Assembly: GCF_000143415.4 (NCBI RefSeq)
Contig: NW_003314434.1
Location: forward strand, 62,001-126,000
Length of the DNA: 64,000 bases
Reading direction: 5' to 3'
Source of the DNA: Selaginella moellendorffii
Taxonomy: Eukaryota; Plantae; Lycopodiophyta
Below the pieces are notes generated by a model. The model saw only the letters and a list, made by a program, of their open reading frames with translations. It made no database searches and was not told where the DNA came from. Below, in pieces: positions 61,887 to 64,000 of the stretch; within the stretch, counting starts at the first letter, position 1, and each line of letters opens with the position of its first letter. The position numbers were made by a program, and so were the translations under genes.

Positions 61887-64000
61887 TTAGGATGAAAAAA
61901 TGTGAGCAGCGTGCTCCTCGGCTATGAGCATCGCTTTGCTGATTCCATCAACGTTGCTGCCCTGAAACAATATGAACATGTAAACGAGACGAGAAACTAA
62001 TACAAGGAAGGAGCTTACTTGTCCCTGAGCAAACATGGACTCGCCACCACTGTTCCCATTCAATGGCTCCAAAGCCTTTCTCAGCCACTCGACAGCGCCG
62101 ACTCCATTCCCCGCCACGAAACTTGGGACTCCAGCGCAGACCAGCACCTTTCTCGCCACTGAATCGACACTGAAGATCATCGTCGCAACGCTCTGAAAAT
62201 TAGCACACCACGGCAAGAAGTCATGATTGGTGATCGATCGAAAACACAGCCTTACTCTCTCGGTGCCTGCTGCAACACCTTCCCGGAGAGCAGTCGTGTC
62301 GAGGCCAACGTCGACTCTTAGAACGGACCATTTGAGGCCCCGCAAAACTGCCTGATCCACACAGCAAACTGTTGTCTCTATTGCTCTCTGCAGATTCAAG
62401 TCCAGAGCCCGTTGTCTTCCGATGGTTTCTTCTGTTGTGGTGGTTATGGGGGTTGACAGTAGCACAGATATCTCGAGCCCGCGGCTAAAAGCTTGGTTGA
62501 AGAGAATGCGCGTGTGGAGTGGAGAGATAAATGGGAACCACGAGAGGAAGATGATGGGAGCGAAGATCACGTAGCCCATGCCGACGTCGTAGCTCCAGGC
62601 CCAGACGGACATGAGCCACCACAGCCTCGCCTTCTTGAGCCATGGTTTGCAAGCTATGCCAATCTGCGAAGAAAGAGTTGGAGGTGATAATGGATTGGAG
62701 GGAAGCTACACAAAGCTTACGCTGAGAATCCCCCAGCCGGTGGGAATGAGAGCTAGGATGCTCGCTATAACATCCAGGACTTGGAGCCTCAGCGTGAAGA
62801 CGCATCCGGTGATGAAGGCAGCGAGAAGAACTATGAATGCAAGGAAGTGAACAAAGCGGAGCTTGTTACTGCTCCTTGGGCTGAGCGACAGGAACTACAA
62901 AAGAGAGAAACGTTTGATTAGCGTGAGAGCTGGCTGGGTTTGGAGCTTACCGCCACTAGCAAGCCTATGCAAACGAACAACACCCATGAACTTGCGTACA
63001 CCTGACAGCACAAGCTCTCTTGTTTGTGCATGCTCTTAAAGACGAAAACACAGCTTTTACCAGCAGAGAGATTGTTCCGACACCCGACCTGAGGTGATAA
63101 GCCACTCCAAACTGGATAAGGAAGAAGCGTAAGCTCAGGATGCATTCCACGGCTCTAGCTCGGAAGCCCATCAAATCCGTCTAGCAGAAAGAACAAGAGA
63201 AACACGAAACTAGTAGTTTTCAAGTTGGATAACTTTTCTTGTACCCGTTTTTCCCACCAGGTGGCCCAGCTCTCGTAATCCGGGGCGGAATGGCTCTTGT
63301 TTGTAAGCCAGTTATTCCAGTTGGTTATGTCTTCCACAGTCCTGGAAAAGAAGAATTTATCATTCGTGCAAACAACGCCATCAGACTAACTTACTTTTGC
63401 CACTCAAAGCTGAGTGGATTGAAGAAAAACGGGGCGTAGAGCCAGCATATGGCAAGGAAACCGATGTCCAGAGCCAGTAGAACGTATCCTTTTCTTGTCC
63501 GTTGTGCTCCATATACCACGTAGACGAACAACAGCATTGCTATCTCCAAACTACACGGGGATTAGCTTCGAACGAGGACATAAAAGACGTACCCTTTGAC
63601 AAAATGGCTGCGCGAGTAGAAGCGATAGTTCTCAGCAAAATGGACGTGCTCAATGACAAATCCACGCCCAGTGCTGCGATACTGACACACAACATCCATG
63701 GTTTAGAGGAGCTTCGAAGTTAATTCTTTCTTCACTTGCCATTGCACCTCCATGGAGTATCGTCCTACCAAAGTAGTGTGTTCTTGTGGCCAACGAGAAA
63801 GCAAAGAAAATAAACGAGCCCAGCAGCCACATGAGAATGAAGTACTGTAGAGCCTGAAAGTGAATAAAACTGAGCTTGTGAGACATTCCTTGTAAACTTG
63901 GAAAACATCACCTTGAGAAAGCCTTGCTCCAAAATGTAGCCCGTGACCATGGGAGCGCAGTTTAAGAACCCATACTGAAAAATCGCTTGCGTTGCAAGCA
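61887..64000 (-). CDS. Callose synthase (GSL/CalS, GT48) 3' portion with an in-frame AlaRS C-terminal extension; 5' part lies beyond the window
   Basis: RTHYFGRTILHGGA/YRSTGRGFV..FAENYRFYSRSHFVKG; YAPFFFNPLSFEWQK; ILSLRFF; IPTGWGILS; LSWFPFIS..TRILFNQAFSRGLEIS; the frame then continues into VLRVDVGLD..VCAGVP..EWL..AL.PL.G..AQGQG. Confidence 0.9.

Overview
Eukaryotic land-plant genomic DNA. It is gene-dense with very short (~50-70 nt) spliceosomal introns, which resembles the lycophyte Selaginella; the organism is an inference. The left arm (1-8.7 kb) holds a GH27 alpha-galactosidase, a signal-peptide/PP2C/Ser-Thr kinase gene and a GT106/O-fucosyltransferase-family gene. The 9-19 kb region is accessory DNA: a ~660-bp tandem duplication, an orphan Glu/Gln/Lys-rich 3-exon gene and shuffled degenerate repeat modules. 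The 20.6-40 kb region is a retrotransposon nest that resolves by LTR termini, PBS, PPT and TSDs. It contains a gag/pol-less 6.2-kb LTR element inserted into an older copy of its own family, two solo LTRs, further LTR fragments and a decayed gypsy-like gag-protease remnant. The right arm (40.3-64 kb) holds BES1/BZR1, cereblon, a purine permease, AAF/SPA15-like, OBAP, FBL11-like, a CCHC-MYB (SHAQKYF), SLOMO/FBL15 and the 3' end of a callose synthase. Most notable: the callose synthase is fused in frame to the C-terminal (C-Ala/DHHA1) region of alanyl-tRNA synthetase. That region is part of a circularly permuted 1.5-kb AlaRS segment bounded by a 21-bp direct repeat. Gene boundaries were spliced by eye, and family calls come from motif recognition, not database searches.
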